Source: Hemiscyllium ocellatum
Lineage: Eukaryota
Length of the DNA stretch: 64,000 nt
Assembly: GCF_020745735.1 (NCBI RefSeq)
Contig: NC_083448.1
Span: 5,764,006 to 5,828,005 of the forward strand
Reading direction: 5' to 3'
The notes under the pieces were generated by a model that was not told the origin of the DNA, did not search any database, and was given only the letters and a program-made list of their open reading frames with translations. Every line of letters begins with the position of its first letter. The stretch's first letter is position 1. The position numbers were made by a program, and so were the translations under genes. Positions 49,930-62,106 of the stretch are shown one piece after another.

Positions 49930-50850
49930 AGCCCAGTCGTTTCACCGAAATCCATACTCAAAAGGTCATCAGTCGCCACTCCCGTCACCTCCGCATGGTG
50001 CCACCACCAGACACATATCCCCTTCCCCTCCCTTGTATGCTTTCTGCAGGGACCGTTCCCTCTGGGACACGCCCTAATTTACTCCTCCTTCACTCCCACC
50101 ACCCCCCACAGCCCCATGGCACCTCCCCCTGCGACTGCTGAAGGGCATCTGCCCATTTACCTGCTCCCTCCCTCCCAGGGCCCAAACGTGCCTTCCAGGT
50201 GAAGCAGCGCTTTTCCTGCACTTATTACAATCTCGTTGACTGCATTCGCTGCTCACAATGTGGTCTCCTCTCCGTTGGGGAAATGAAGCATAGACTGGGT
50301 GACCGCTTTGGAGAACATGGACGTTCTGCTGGCAAAATATGCTCCTGAGTTTCCAGTTGCCTGCCACTTTAACAGCCCACCCTGTTTCCTGGCCAATATC
50401 CCTGACTCTGGCTAACTGCAGCACAAGTTGGAAGAACAACACCTCATTTTCTGCTTCAGGTCCCTGCAGCTCTCTGGACTCGATATCCAGTTCAATAATT
50501 TTCGGGCCTGAAGTCTCCTATGTCCTAGTACCCACCCCACGTATCAGGCCTTATCACATCATCTACCATTGCACGCTACCTATTGTTAGCCACGAAGAGT
50601 CTCCATTAACAGCTATTCCCCCCACCCCCCAGCCAGATTGTTATGAATTCCTTTGTCTCCTCTCTCTTTGGATTCTATCCCCACCAATTATTAACTCCTT
50701 ACCCCCTTCCACCCCCACCCTATCTTCTGCACAGAAACTGACATTTTCTTAGCGACCATCAGTTCTGAGGGAGGGTCACTGGACCTGAAACGTTAATTCT
50801 GATTTCTCTTCACTGACCTGCTGAGCTTTTCCAGCAACTTCTGTTTTCGA
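49930..50850 (+). mobile_element. Decayed Penelope-like element with a hammerhead motif at 50761-50797
   Basis: CIRCSQCGLL..GE.K.RLGDRF remnant; AGTT-CTGAGGA-GGGTC-ACTG-GACCT-GAAAC-GTT-AATT. Confidence 0.75.
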
Positions 50851-52823
50851 TTCCGAGGGAACATGAACTGAATTTCTGAGGGGAGCCAATGGCCTCGTGA
50901 TATTATTGCTAGACTCTTAGCTCAGAAACTCAGCTAATGTCCTGGGGACCCAGGTTCAAATCCCACAATGGCAGGTGGTGGAATTTGATTAGGTTAGGTT
51001 AGATTCCCTACAGTGTGGAAACAGGCCCTTTGGCCCAACTAGTCCACACTGACCCTCCAAAGAGTAACCCACTCAGACCCATTCCCCTAACTGATGCGTC
51101 TAACTCTACGAGCAATTTAGCACGACTAATTCACTTAACCTGCACATTTTTAGACTGTGGGAGGAAACCCACGCAGACATAGGGGAGAATGTGCAAACTC
51201 CGCACAGACAGTCACCTGAGGCTGGAATCGAACCTGGGTCCGTGGCACTGTGAGGCAGCAGTGCTAACGACTGAGCCACAGTACCGCCCCATGGTGAATT
51301 CATTAAAATTCTGGAATTAAGAAACTACTGATAAGCATGAAGCAATTATCAATAGACGGGTACCTGCCATCCTCATTGGGTCTTGCCAGCATGTGACTCC
51401 AGACCCACAGCAATGTGGTTGACTCTTAACTGCTCTCTGAAATGGCCAAGTCGGCCACTCTATTCCAATGACTCATTACATCAACTCCTTGAGTGACTCA
51501 GTCTCTGAATTAGTGTGGAAAGAGCAAGCCTGTTGAAGTGATGATAGATGGGACAGAAAGATTCAAGAATTCGGGCGTTTAGGTGACTGGGAAAAGAGGT
51601 TGTATTTGAAATTTGATGCCGTACAGATTTGAGTGACATGACGAAGAAGTTCATAGTGACGTGTGGCAGTCAGAGTGAAATCTTTACAACCTACTGAAAT
51701 CTGGAGTCAACCTCATGTTGTAATTCCATGTCTAGTTCACTTCCTTGCTTCAATAGACAATAGGTGCAGGAGTCGGCCATTCTGCCCTTCGAGCCTGCAC
51801 CACCATTCAATATGATCGTGGCTGATCATCCTTAATCAGTATCCTGTCCCTGCCTTATCTCCATAACCCTTGATTCCACTATCCAACTCTTTCGTAAATG
51901 AATCCAGAGACTGGGCCTCCACTGCCCTCTGGGGCAGAGCATTCCACACAGCCACCACTCTCTGGGTGAAGAAGTTTCTCCTCATCTCTGTCCTAAATGG
52001 TCTACCCCGTATTTTTAAGCTGTATCTTCTGGTTCGGCACTCGCCCATCAGCGGGAACATGTTCAAGGTGGACAGAGTGGATCAAAAGAATATTTCCAGG
52101 TTGTCTTCTCATATTCCCTGCCTGAAAGCAGGTCTGACTTTCCATGCTATGACTTCCCCACGAGAAGGCAGATCCTCAATCCCCTGACCATGCTTCCTCA
52201 TGCCCCCTGCCAGAACAGGAATCTCTCATCCTTATGCTGTTGGCACTGACCTCATCCATTCCAGCCGTCCAGCCAACGGAACCGACCTGTCCAGCCCCAC
52301 AAAAGGATTCAGAGTAGCCGTTGCTCCAGTTTCCTTCCCCCTCCGACCAGGAATCTCTCCCACTCTTACTGCCTGCACTCTGTGTGCGTTGGAATGGTTC
52401 TCCGGCTGATGTCCGTGTTGTTTGGCTGTGGCTGTTGTGACTGAGCGCTCCTTGGCTGTCAAGTTAGGGTTAGGAGCTCGGAGACAGGGCCACTCACCAC
52501 TGACCTCCCATCTCCGGGGGCTGGGTGTGTTAATTTGAGTTAACCTCAAAGCTCCATCATTTCTCGTAAGAACAGGAGGCAATTTGATTAGTCTGGGTGG
52601 TTATCACTGCTGCCTCACAGCAGCAGGGGCCCAGGTTCGATTCCCGCCTCGGGTAACTGTTTGCAGTTTACACATTCTCCCCGTGTCTGAGCGAGTTTCC
52701 TCCGGGTGCTCTGGTTTTCTCCCATAGTCCAAAGATGTGCGGGTCAGGGTGAATTGGCCATGCTAAATTGCCCATCATGTTGGAGGTCAACTGGTTGGTT
52801 GTTTGCCCAGTTCTCCAGCAGTG

Positions 52824-53050
52824 CCCATTGCTCCTTGCTGTCACCTGACTCGGATTTACCCATTGTCATGTGATGCCCATTGTTGCCACCCGACCATGAT
52901 TCTATCCATTGTTACACGCTGTCACATGACTCTGATTCTACCCATTGTCACGTGACACCCATTGTTGCCCACTGTCACCTTGTCATGTGACCTGAATTCC
53001 GTCCTGTTGTCACGTGATTCCTCATTGTTGTCTGCTGTCACGTGACTCTC
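52824..53050 (+). promoter_or_regulatory. Cluster of seven GTCA(C/T)NTGA(C/T) CLEAR/E-box motifs upstream of the ferlin gene
   Basis: Motifs at 52840, 52865, 52921, 52947, 52982, 53009 and 53037, within a degenerate tandem duplication. Confidence 0.6.
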
Positions 53051-53237
53051 CTTGCTCCACTCGGTGAAGCTGCCCTCATTCCGGGGTGGGGGGGGAGGGA
53101 GGGGGGGGGTTGTGTAGAAATGGGGAATTCTGCCGGTGAACAGGGGCAGGGGCACGGACCACGGCGGGCAGCAGCACCCGGGGACAGACGTGAGCTTCGG
53201 CCAAGCCAGGACTGAGAGCGAAGTAAGGGCCGAGAGG

Positions 53238-53310
53238 ATGCTGCGTGTGGGCGGACTGGCCGCCTACAGGCAGGAGAGCGCCCAACTCCACGTGTCTGTG
53301 CTCTTCAGAG
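53238..53310 (+). CDS. Type-I ferlin (FER1L5/myoferlin/dysferlin-like) exon 1, C2A start (MLRVGGLAAYRQESAQLHVSVLFR)
   Basis: MLRV start typical of DYSF/MYOF, ATG with A at -3, phase-1 donor G|GTGAGT at 53311. Confidence 0.8.
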
Positions 53311-55247
53311 GTGAGTAGTGTTTTGTGGTGGGGAGGGGAGGGGGGGGTTGGGGAGAGGTTGTGGCTCTGGCCATGCATTCTCAGTGACCTTCACCATCTA
53401 CATTGTGGACAGCTCTGCATTTGCCTCAGCGTCAACCTTCCTCAAGTCATTGACTGACGGTTTTCAAATCCAGAACAAGTGACTGATTGGTGTGCTTCAC
53501 TGAGAGCTGCCAGGGTGGGCTTGATGGTCGAATGGGCTCCTTCAGCACAGTTGTGACTCTCTGCAAGTCGGATTCTCAGTTTATGCCAGCCTGCATGCCT
53601 CCCATTTGTTCCCATAGCTTTCCTTGCCCCTGTTGATCTTCAGCAGAGTGATCATTGTTACTGTCTGTCTGCAACTGCCTCCAAAACGTTCATGAGTCAG
53701 TGCATAAAGCCCTTGCCTTCACACCAACGTCAAGGTCTTGATGGAGGTGAGGTAAAGGGCTTCTTCCCTCATACTGCTTCTCCATCTGGCAGTACTCCAC
53801 GCCACTTGCCCCTTCTCTGTGAACCACAGAACTTGGTCTGTCTCCTCGCTGGAACACCACACTTTGTTCCACCCACTCTCTCTTTGTTCTGTGCTGTATC
53901 ACAGCAAGTTCCTCGCCGATCTCCTCTCATCCTGCCTCAAACTATGTCGCAAGTAGCTTTCCACACTAGTGTGGTGATTTCAGCCTCTCGTCATACCTCT
54001 CCCAGTTCACCAGCTTCCTCTCTTCCATAAATCCCTCCCTTTGTGTAAACATTCCGATCTACACTTGCTGTGAAGGCACCCCTGTGATCTTCTCACCCCA
54101 TGTGACCTATCATTCCCGAGAAAGCAATTTCTCAGCTTGTTGTGGTATCGCTTTCAACCCACTTCCCCCTTCTCAACCCCACTTCTGTGTCCAGTCCTGG
54201 AGCGGGGTACAAAAGTCTCTGCTTAAGCCAAATTTCCACCTATCTAATCTTTGGCTGTATTTGTGACTTTTTTTGAGCGATAGATTTGCTAAACCACAAG
54301 TTTTTTTTTTCTCCATGAACGTTAGTACCTTTCACAATCAGGTGGCGTGTTGGCCTTTATTACAAGGGGACTGGAGCACAGGAATAGGGAAATCTTCACT
54401 GTAACTGTAAATGGCTATGGTGAGACCACAACTGGAGTACCATCTGCAATTTCTGACTCCATGCTTGAAGGATGAACTTGCATTGCAGTCGGTACAGTGA
54501 AGGTTCACTAGAATGTCCTTTGGACGAGGGGTAAGGGTGAGGGCTTTCAGCTGCTTGCCTGTTCGACACAACACCACGTTCCCTGACCAATATCTCTGTC
54601 CCTGGCTTGCTGCAATGCTCCAGTGACATTCAGCGCAAGCTGGAATTGCAGCATCTCATTTTCCACTTTGAGGACTCAATGCCTACAATCACTCATTTAA
54701 AGTTAAGGACGTCGTCCATTTCCTATACCTCAGGCCTTGCCTTCAAATAGCCTACTTGCAGCTCAGCCAACCTATTTTTTGACATACTTGAGGTCCCAAT
54801 GCTGTTATTCCTCCTTCCCCTCATCCCAATCTCTAGTCTCCACCTGTTCTCTCGCTTCTTTACCCATCCCCAGCCCCTCCTGTCTGGAGCATTTATACTC
54901 CAATCTCTGAGCTCCAATCCATTCTGCTGAAAGGTCACGCCACTTGCAATGTTAACTCTGCTTTCTCTCCACGGACGCTGTTGAGTATCTCCTGCAATTT
55001 CCATTTTTTGGTTTGGACGAGGGGGTTCGTCCTGTGATGAGATGCTGAACAAATAGAGTCTAAAATTCCTTGGAATGGTAAGCGAGCCATTGGAATGCAA
55101 CAATATTGTGAGGGCGCTCGACAGGGTAGACACTGAGAAGTTGTTTCACCTCTGGCTGGGGAATCTAGACCATGAAGAAGGGACACAGCTTCCAGATGAG
55201 GGAATGATAATTGAGGACTGACATGAGAAGGAATTTCTTTACTGACG

Positions 55248-55820
55248 GTCATAGAGTTGTACAACACAGAAACAGACCCTTTGGTCCAACTCATCTGCAC
55301 CGAAGAGATACCCGAAACTGATTTTGTCCTATTTACCAGTTTTCCATACCCTCATTAATCACCATGATGAATGATGGTGATGCCTTTTAAATGTTGTAGT
55401 TGTACCAGCCTCCACCACTTCCTCTGGCAACACCCCTCTCTGTGTGAAAAAGTTGCCCCTTCGATCCCTTTTAAATCTTGCCATTCTCACCCTAAACCTC
55501 TGCCCTCTCATTCTGGACTCCCCCACCCCAGGGGAAAAGACCTTGTCTGTTCACCCTATTCGTACCCCTCGTGATTTTATAAACCTCTATAAGGTCACCC
55601 CTCAGCCTCTAATGCTCCAGGGAAAATAGCCCCGGCCTATTCAGCCGCTCCCTTTCGTTCAAACCCTCTCGTCCTGGCAACATCCTTGTAAATCTTTTCT
55701 GAGCCCTTTAGAATTTCACAACACCAGAGCAGGGAAACCAATAGTGCATGTAGAATTCCAAAAGTGGCCGAACCAATATCCTGCACAGCCTCAACATGAC
55801 CTCCCAACTCCTATACTCTT
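55248..55820 (-). mobile_element. CR1/HER1 LINE 3' fragment
   Basis: Reverse complement of the CR1 3' region. Confidence 0.85.
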
Positions 55821-56733
55821 GAACTCACGATCTTGTGAGAATGCTATTCACTGAGCCACAGTGATTCATTCTTCTTCAAGGGGCTCTTTACCATTTACTT
55901 CTGTGACTTGGTGTTTTTTTTTAATTGATTTTGCTTCAGTTTGGCAACTAACAGTGCGTGAACAGCGCTCGATAGTTGTAAGTCGTGGTAGTGCTAACTC
56001 TTGGTCATAGCCATGCTGCCATACCACTGTATACCTATACGTCCGATTTTGTGTCTGCATTACCAATATTATTGCCAACCCATTCCTTCAGTCTTAACTA
56101 CCTCCTGCATAAAGGCCTCTCGGACATTCGAGGAAGAAGCGACAATTCAAGTGCCTTGTGGCTTCTGATCATTCACAATTTACCCATTCCAGCATGATGA
56201 GTGAGGCCAGCCTCCTCCTCCATTTGACCCTGAGAAGGTCGTGGGGAGGTGCCTTGCACCATTGGACTCCATTCTGTTTACATACACCCACGCTGCTGTT
56301 AGGGAGAGAGCAAGAGTGAAGGAACGGCCGATGTAGTTTGGACTGATGTGAGTTGGTTGCTTCGAACGGAGCCATGTGGCGGGAATGGGTGGGTGCCAAT
56401 CAAACAGGCAGGAGCGTCATCAGCAACAGACACCTTTCCCTCCAGACCCGCTGAGCTTTTCCAGCAATTGCTGTTTCTGGTACATTTTCCGTGTGTTCTA
56501 ATTAACCTGCAATATCACCGTTAGTGTCTGTACTTTAGATCCCTTGAGCTTCTGAGAAATGAGGCCCCGTTCTGCTTTCTCTCAGTTCCACTCCGCAAGG
56601 TGGTTCACGAAATACGTCCTGTCATGCCATTTCCCCTTCTGAGGAAGGGCTGGTAACTGAAAGGGCAGGAAGTGTTGGTGAGCCATATCTACTCCTACCC
56701 AACTCTGATTTTCTGTTTCTTGCACCTTTCCAG

Positions 56734-56789
56734 GGAAAAAGAAGAGAACAAGCCTATCAGACGAGGAGAAGAACGTAAAGTGGAACGAG
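56734..56789 (+). CDS. Ferlin exon 2 (GKKKRTSLSDEEKNVKWNE), GC donor
   Basis: 56 nt, the same size and phase as recalled DYSF/MYOF exon 2 (GVKKRTKVIKNSVNPVWNE). TTCCAG acceptor, GAG|GCAAGT donor. Confidence 0.85.
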
Positions 56790-56964
56790 GCAAGTGGAAA
56801 AGCACTCCCTGGGTCGACCGAGGCACCTTACGCACAGTCACGGAAAAATGCCCGTGCATCAGGAACAACAGCCTCCAGTTAGAGTTGCAGTTTAGAGGTG
56901 ATCAGCCTGACATGGCCCAGTTAGGGCCTTGCTCAGGATGGGCAAGAGTGACCTTAGTGACAGG

Positions 56965-57726
56965 ATTTGGAGATGCCGGTGTTGGACTGGGGCAGACAAA
57001 GTTAAAAATCACACAACACCAGGTTATAGTCCAACAGGTTTTATTGGAAGCACACTAGCTTTCAGAGCGATGCTCCTTCATCAGGTGATAGTGGAGGGCT
57101 CGATCCGAACACAGAATTTATAGCAAGAATTTACAGTGTGATGTAACTGAAATTATACATTGAAAAATTGATTGTCTGTTAAACCTTTCATCTGTTAGAA
57201 TACAGTGATAGGTTCACTTCTTTCATGTGTAAATCACAAAACCTTTTTTTTAAAAAGTTGCATTCTCGGGTTAGCTGTTAACAATGGTGATAGCTAGACA
57301 ATATGTTGAAGGTGTTGGCCCCCTGTGTTCACTGTCTGTGCCATGATGTTTCGATTGATTCTAATCTAAAAAGTGAGATAATGGAGTTTTACAGAAATTC
57401 ATGCAGTTTTTGAGCTCAGAGTTCTACATGAATGCATGCAGTTTTTGAGCAAAGTACAATGTAACTCTGCAAGTACAAATTCACCCCACGAAATGTANNN
57501 NNNNNNNNNNNNNNNNNNNNNNNNNNNNNNNNNNNNNNNNNNNNNNNNNNNNNNNNNNNNNNNNNNNNNNNNNNNNNNNNNNNNNNNNNNNNNNNNNNNN
57601 NNNNNNNNNNNNNNNNNNNNNNNNNNNNNNNNNNNNNNNNNNNNNGTCTGTGAGGAGGTGCATGTGTGAGTCTGGGACTGTGTTTGTCTGTAAGGGTGTG
57701 TATGTGTGTCCGTGTGTATGTGTGTA

Positions 57727-57761
<35 letters not shown>

Positions 57762-58145
57762 TGCAATGGTGGTCACCTGTAAAGTGACATGAACCCAAGG
57801 TCCCGGTTGAGGCCCTCCTTATAGGTACCGAACTTAGCTATCAGCCTCTGCTCGCCCACTTTTCTCTGCTGCCTGTCCTGAAGTCCACCTTGGAGGATGG
57901 TCACCCGAAGGTCCGAGGCTGAATGTCCTGGACCACTGATGTGTTCCCCAACTGGGAGGGAACCCTCTTGTCTGTGTTTGTTGTGCGGTGCCCATTCATC
58001 CGTTGTCGTAGCCTTTGCTCTGTTTCCCCAATGTACCATGTCTCCGGGCATCCTTGCCTGCAACGTACAAGATAGATAACATTGGCTGAGTCACATGAGT
58101 ATCTGCCATGTACAAGGTGGGAGGTGTCCCCACGGGTAATGGTGG
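56965..58145 (-). mobile_element. Penelope-like element (second family): GIY-YIG end, (CA)n, gap, pLTR with a hammerhead at ~57052-57088
   Basis: YSCDSANVIYLVRCRQGCPETWYIGETEQRLRQRMNGHR and EQRLIAKFGTYKEGLNRDLGF peptides. The minus strand reads CAC-CTGATGA-A-GGAGC-ATC-GCTCT-GAAAG-CTA-GTG. Confidence 0.9.
57498..57645. other. Assembly gap (N run)
   Basis: N characters. Confidence 1.
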
Positions 58146-58804
58146 TAGGGAGGTGACAGGGAGGGAGATAGAGCAGGCAGAGGAGGGCAGGACGAGAGGG
58201 CGAAGGAAAACTGACTGAGATGTACGGGGGAGACATGTTAGTACGTGGGGAGATATGCGCGGGGCATGTGAGAGCCACGTGAGCTCTGTAGACCAGAAGA
58301 GGTCGGAGCAGATGTTGGCCAACCGAGTCTGCTCCACTGTTCAATGAGGTCATGGCTGATCTGATAATCCTTCCCTCCACTTTACAGTCCTTAACCCTCG
58401 ATTCCCTTTCTGCATAAAGATCTGGCCATCTCACCTTTGAATATGCTGAATCCCCCAGCCCTCTGAGGTAAAGAATTCTCTGTTTTAAATGGGCAAACCT
58501 TACTCTGAGATTACCCTGCTGGTCGTTGCCTCCCACAGTGAGAAACACCTTCTCCCTATCTATCTTGTCAAGTCCTCGAAGAATTTTAAATATTTCAATA
58601 GGGTTGTGTTGTTCCTCTAAACTCCAACAAGTACAAGTCTAACCTGCTCAACCTCTCCTCCATTCCTAATGAACCTTCTCTGGACTGCCTGGAATGGTCA
58701 GTCTCCGTTCCCTTGGACAAATGTGCTTGCAAAATTCTCGCTGCGGTCCGAGTAATGAAGTATATTGTAAGGGGCAGAGGGAATGCAGCGTAGGTGGGGG
58801 CATG

Positions 58805-59177
58805 GCTTTCATGGCTTTGTGCGTGGGAAATCATGTCTCACAAACGTGGTTGAGTTTTTTGAAGAAGTAACAAAGAAGATTGATGAGGGCAGAGCAGTGG
58901 ATGTGATCTATGTGGACTTCAGTAAGGCGTTCGACAAGGTTCCCCATGGGAGACTGATTAGGTACGTGTAAGGAATGAGCTGCCAGAGGATGTGGTGGAG
59001 GCTGGTATAATTGCAAAGTTTAAGAGGCATCTGGATGGGTATATGAATAGGAAGGGTTTGGAGGGATATGGGCCGGATGCTGGCAGGTGGGACTAGATTG
59101 GGTTGGGATATCTGGTCAGCATGGACAGGTTGGACCGAAGGGTCTGTTTCCATGGTGTACTCCTCTATGACTCTATG
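58805..59177 (+). mobile_element. CR1 fragment with a large internal deletion (RT piece fused to the 3' end)
   Basis: HGFVRGKSCLTN...DFSKAFDKVPHGRLI joins directly to GGTACGTG..GAATGAGCTGCCAGAG, ~0.9 kb further on in the 22025-24480 copy. Confidence 0.85.
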
Positions 59178-59237
59178 GACAGCTGCTGCCCATGTTGAAT
59201 GTTTGTGATTGTCTTGGTTCCCATCTCAATCTTTTAG

Positions 59238-59329
59238 GTGCTGGAGTTCAAGCTGAAGGGAAATCCTCTTGATGCCAAATCCTCTCTTCAGATTCACCTG
59301 AAAGGCAAAGACAAAGTTGGAAAGGGCAG
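59238..59329 (+). CDS. Ferlin exon 3 (VLEFKLKGNPLDAKSSLQIHLKGKDKVGKG)
   Basis: 92 nt, phase 0-2 as in DYSF/MYOF exon 3. Matches MYOF ILEFDLRGIPLDFSSSL. TTTAG acceptor, AG|GTAACC donor. Confidence 0.88.
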
Positions 59330-62106
59330 GTAACCTTATTCTGTGCTTTGTGAAGGAACAGTTGCCCCACGTCAATGGGGGGATTCGGGACGAAAACCGT
59401 CAGTAAATTATTTAAAATAAAAATTTAACACCCAGAGCAAAATCAATGATGGCTGGCAGCTGCTTCCAAGCACAGTCACAGTTGTTTACCAGACTCTTAT
59501 CTCCATGTTTTGAACAGTGGGTCCCTTGCAGAGTTTGTGTGCGGAGAGAGAGAGGGAGGGTACAAGTGTGAGAATCAGAAAGATGTGCTGCTCAGGTGAG
59601 ATGAAGTAGAGAGAGAGAAGGCTTGTGTGGAGCGTTGGCACGGACCAGTTACTGTACAACACAGCAGCAGCAGCAGGAGGCCATTTGGCCCCTTGGTCCT
59701 GCTCTGCCATCTCCCTCCATCGTGGCTGACTTCCTACTCCAACTCCATTTTTCCATCTGCTCCCCAAATACCCGGATTCCCCAGGAGAACCTTCCTGAAA
59801 AGCCTTGCTCACTAAAAGAGCCATCCCGGGGCTGAGCATTCCCAAGGTTCACAACTCCACGTGTGAAGGCCTTTCTCCTCGCCTCGGTCTGAAACGATCA
59901 GCCCCTCGTTCTGTCTCTGTGCTCGCCCACCCCTTCAAGGTCCCCCAGCCAACAACTCTGTCAAGCCCCTTCAGAGTCTGCGTGTCTCGTTGGAATCATC
60001 TCTCATTTTTCTCAACTCTGGGGAAGACACAGCTTTCACAGTCTCTCATCCTAAGACAGCCCCCTCTCTCAGGGACCAATCTAGTGAACCTCCACCGTTT
60101 CCATGGCAAGCTGTGGCTTGTTTCTGCGGCTGTACGATTCCCAGCCCACTCCACCAAGGCCATTCTGAAGACTTGGGGCAGCATCTCCATTCTCCTTGGA
60201 TAGATATAACATGTGAGGCCATTCGGTCCATCAGGTCCCCTTTATGAAACGATTCACTTCCGTCTGCTTTCCCCACAGCCCTGCACTTCCTTTGTGTTCT
60301 GAGAATCCATCCAGTTCCCTTTGGAAAGCCAACTTTGAGCCAGTGTCCACCTCCCTCTGGGAGCAACATTCCCCTCACACCATTGGAGTTGCTGGGAAGC
60401 ACCGCACATGCTGATTGATGCCCAGTATTGAAGACTTATGCCACACACTGACCTCGGAGATCTGTACAGGAGGAAGAAAGATTAGCTGGGAAAGTTCAGG
60501 CAGTGCATTGCAGATCATAACCCCTCGCCACATCAAAACATTTCGGGTTTGTCTGGCCATTTGACCTCAATCCGTGTTCTCTAGTTCTTGATCTGTCAGC
60601 CTATGGGAGCCGTTTCCAAAATGAGGAGTGGCTCTGGTAGTTAGGGAGAAACCAAAGTCGGTAGCACTGCTGCCACACATAGCCAGAGACGCAGGTCCGA
60701 TTCCACCCTCGGGGAACTGTCTGTGTAGAGTTTGCAACGTGTCTGTGTGGGTTTCCTCCCACAGTCCAAAGATGGGCAGGTTAGGTGGATTGGCCGTGGG
60801 GAAATGCAGGATAACAGGGATAGGGGTGGGGTTGAGGCTGGAAGGAATGCTCTTCAGAGGGTCGATGTGGATTCGATGAGTTGAATGAGCTGCTTTGACG
60901 CTGTTGGGATTGTGAACAGAATGAGGCCATTTGGCCCCTCGAATCTGCTCCACCGTCCAATATGATTGTGGCTGGTCTGTTTGTATCTCGAATTCCACTT
61001 TCCTCTCCATTCCCAAAGAGCCTTCATTTCCTTGCCTAACAAGAATCTATCCACACACTCCTTAAAAAGATTCAGTCACCCTGCCTCCACTGCTGTCTGA
61101 GGCAGAGAGTTCCAACGATGCTCAACCCTCTGACAGACAAAACAAAACCTACTGATCTCTATCCTGAAATTTGCAACCCCTAGCTTGGACACTGAAGGAA
61201 CGGCCAATATGTTTGCAAGTCGCAGGCGGGGAGTGGCTCGGAGGGGAACTTGCAGGGGGTGGCGTTCCCAAGTACCTGCAGCCCTTGTCCTTCTTAGATG
61301 GAAGTGGCCGTGGGTTTGAAAGGTGCTGCCTAAAGATCTTCAGTAAATTGCATCTTGTAGATAAGACACACTGCTAGATTAGATTAGATTAGACTTACAG
61401 TGTGGAAACAGGCCCTTCGGCCCAACAAGTCCACACCGACCCGCCGAAGCGCAACCCACCCATACCCCTACATTTACCCCTTACCTAACACTACGGGCAA
61501 TTTAGCATGGCCAATTCACCTGACCCGCACATCTTTGTGACTGTGGGAGGAAACCGGAGCACCCGGAGGAAACCCACACAGACACGGGGAGAACGTGCAA
61601 ACTCCACACAGTCAGTCGCCTGAGGCGGGAATTGAACCCGGGTCTCTGGCACTGTGAGGTAGCGGTGCTAACCACTGTGCCACCGTGCCGCCCCGTGCTA
61701 CTACCGAGTGTCGATGGGGGTGGAGGGAGTGGATGTTCGTGGATGTGGGGGCAATCAAACGGGCTGCTTTGCCCTGAATGGTGTCAAGTTTCTTGAGTGC
61801 TGTTGGAGCTGCACTCAACCAGATGTGGGGAGTTTTCTATCCATGACTTGTGCCTTATAAATAGTGGACAGGCTTTGGGGAGTCAGGATGTGGGTTACCC
61901 GCTGCAAGATTCCTCATCTCTGACCTGCTCTTGTGTGCTATGTTTATACGGTGAGTCCGGTGGGGTTTCTAGTCCACGGACAGTGGGCGATTCAGTGATG
62001 GTGACATTGAATGTCAAGGGACGGTGATCGGATTGTCTCTCATTGGAGACGGTCATTGTTGAGCATTTGTATGGTGGGAATGTTACTTGCTACCTATCAG
62101 CCCAAG

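Noticed and set aside
48900-53100. ANKRD23 expected downstream of ANKRD39
   Set aside because: No ankyrin-coding exons seen; the interval is 3'UTR plus repeats.
53136-53237. N-terminal extension of the ferlin from an upstream GTG
   Set aside because: No upstream ATG, and the ATG at 53238 matches the conserved MLRV start with good Kozak context.
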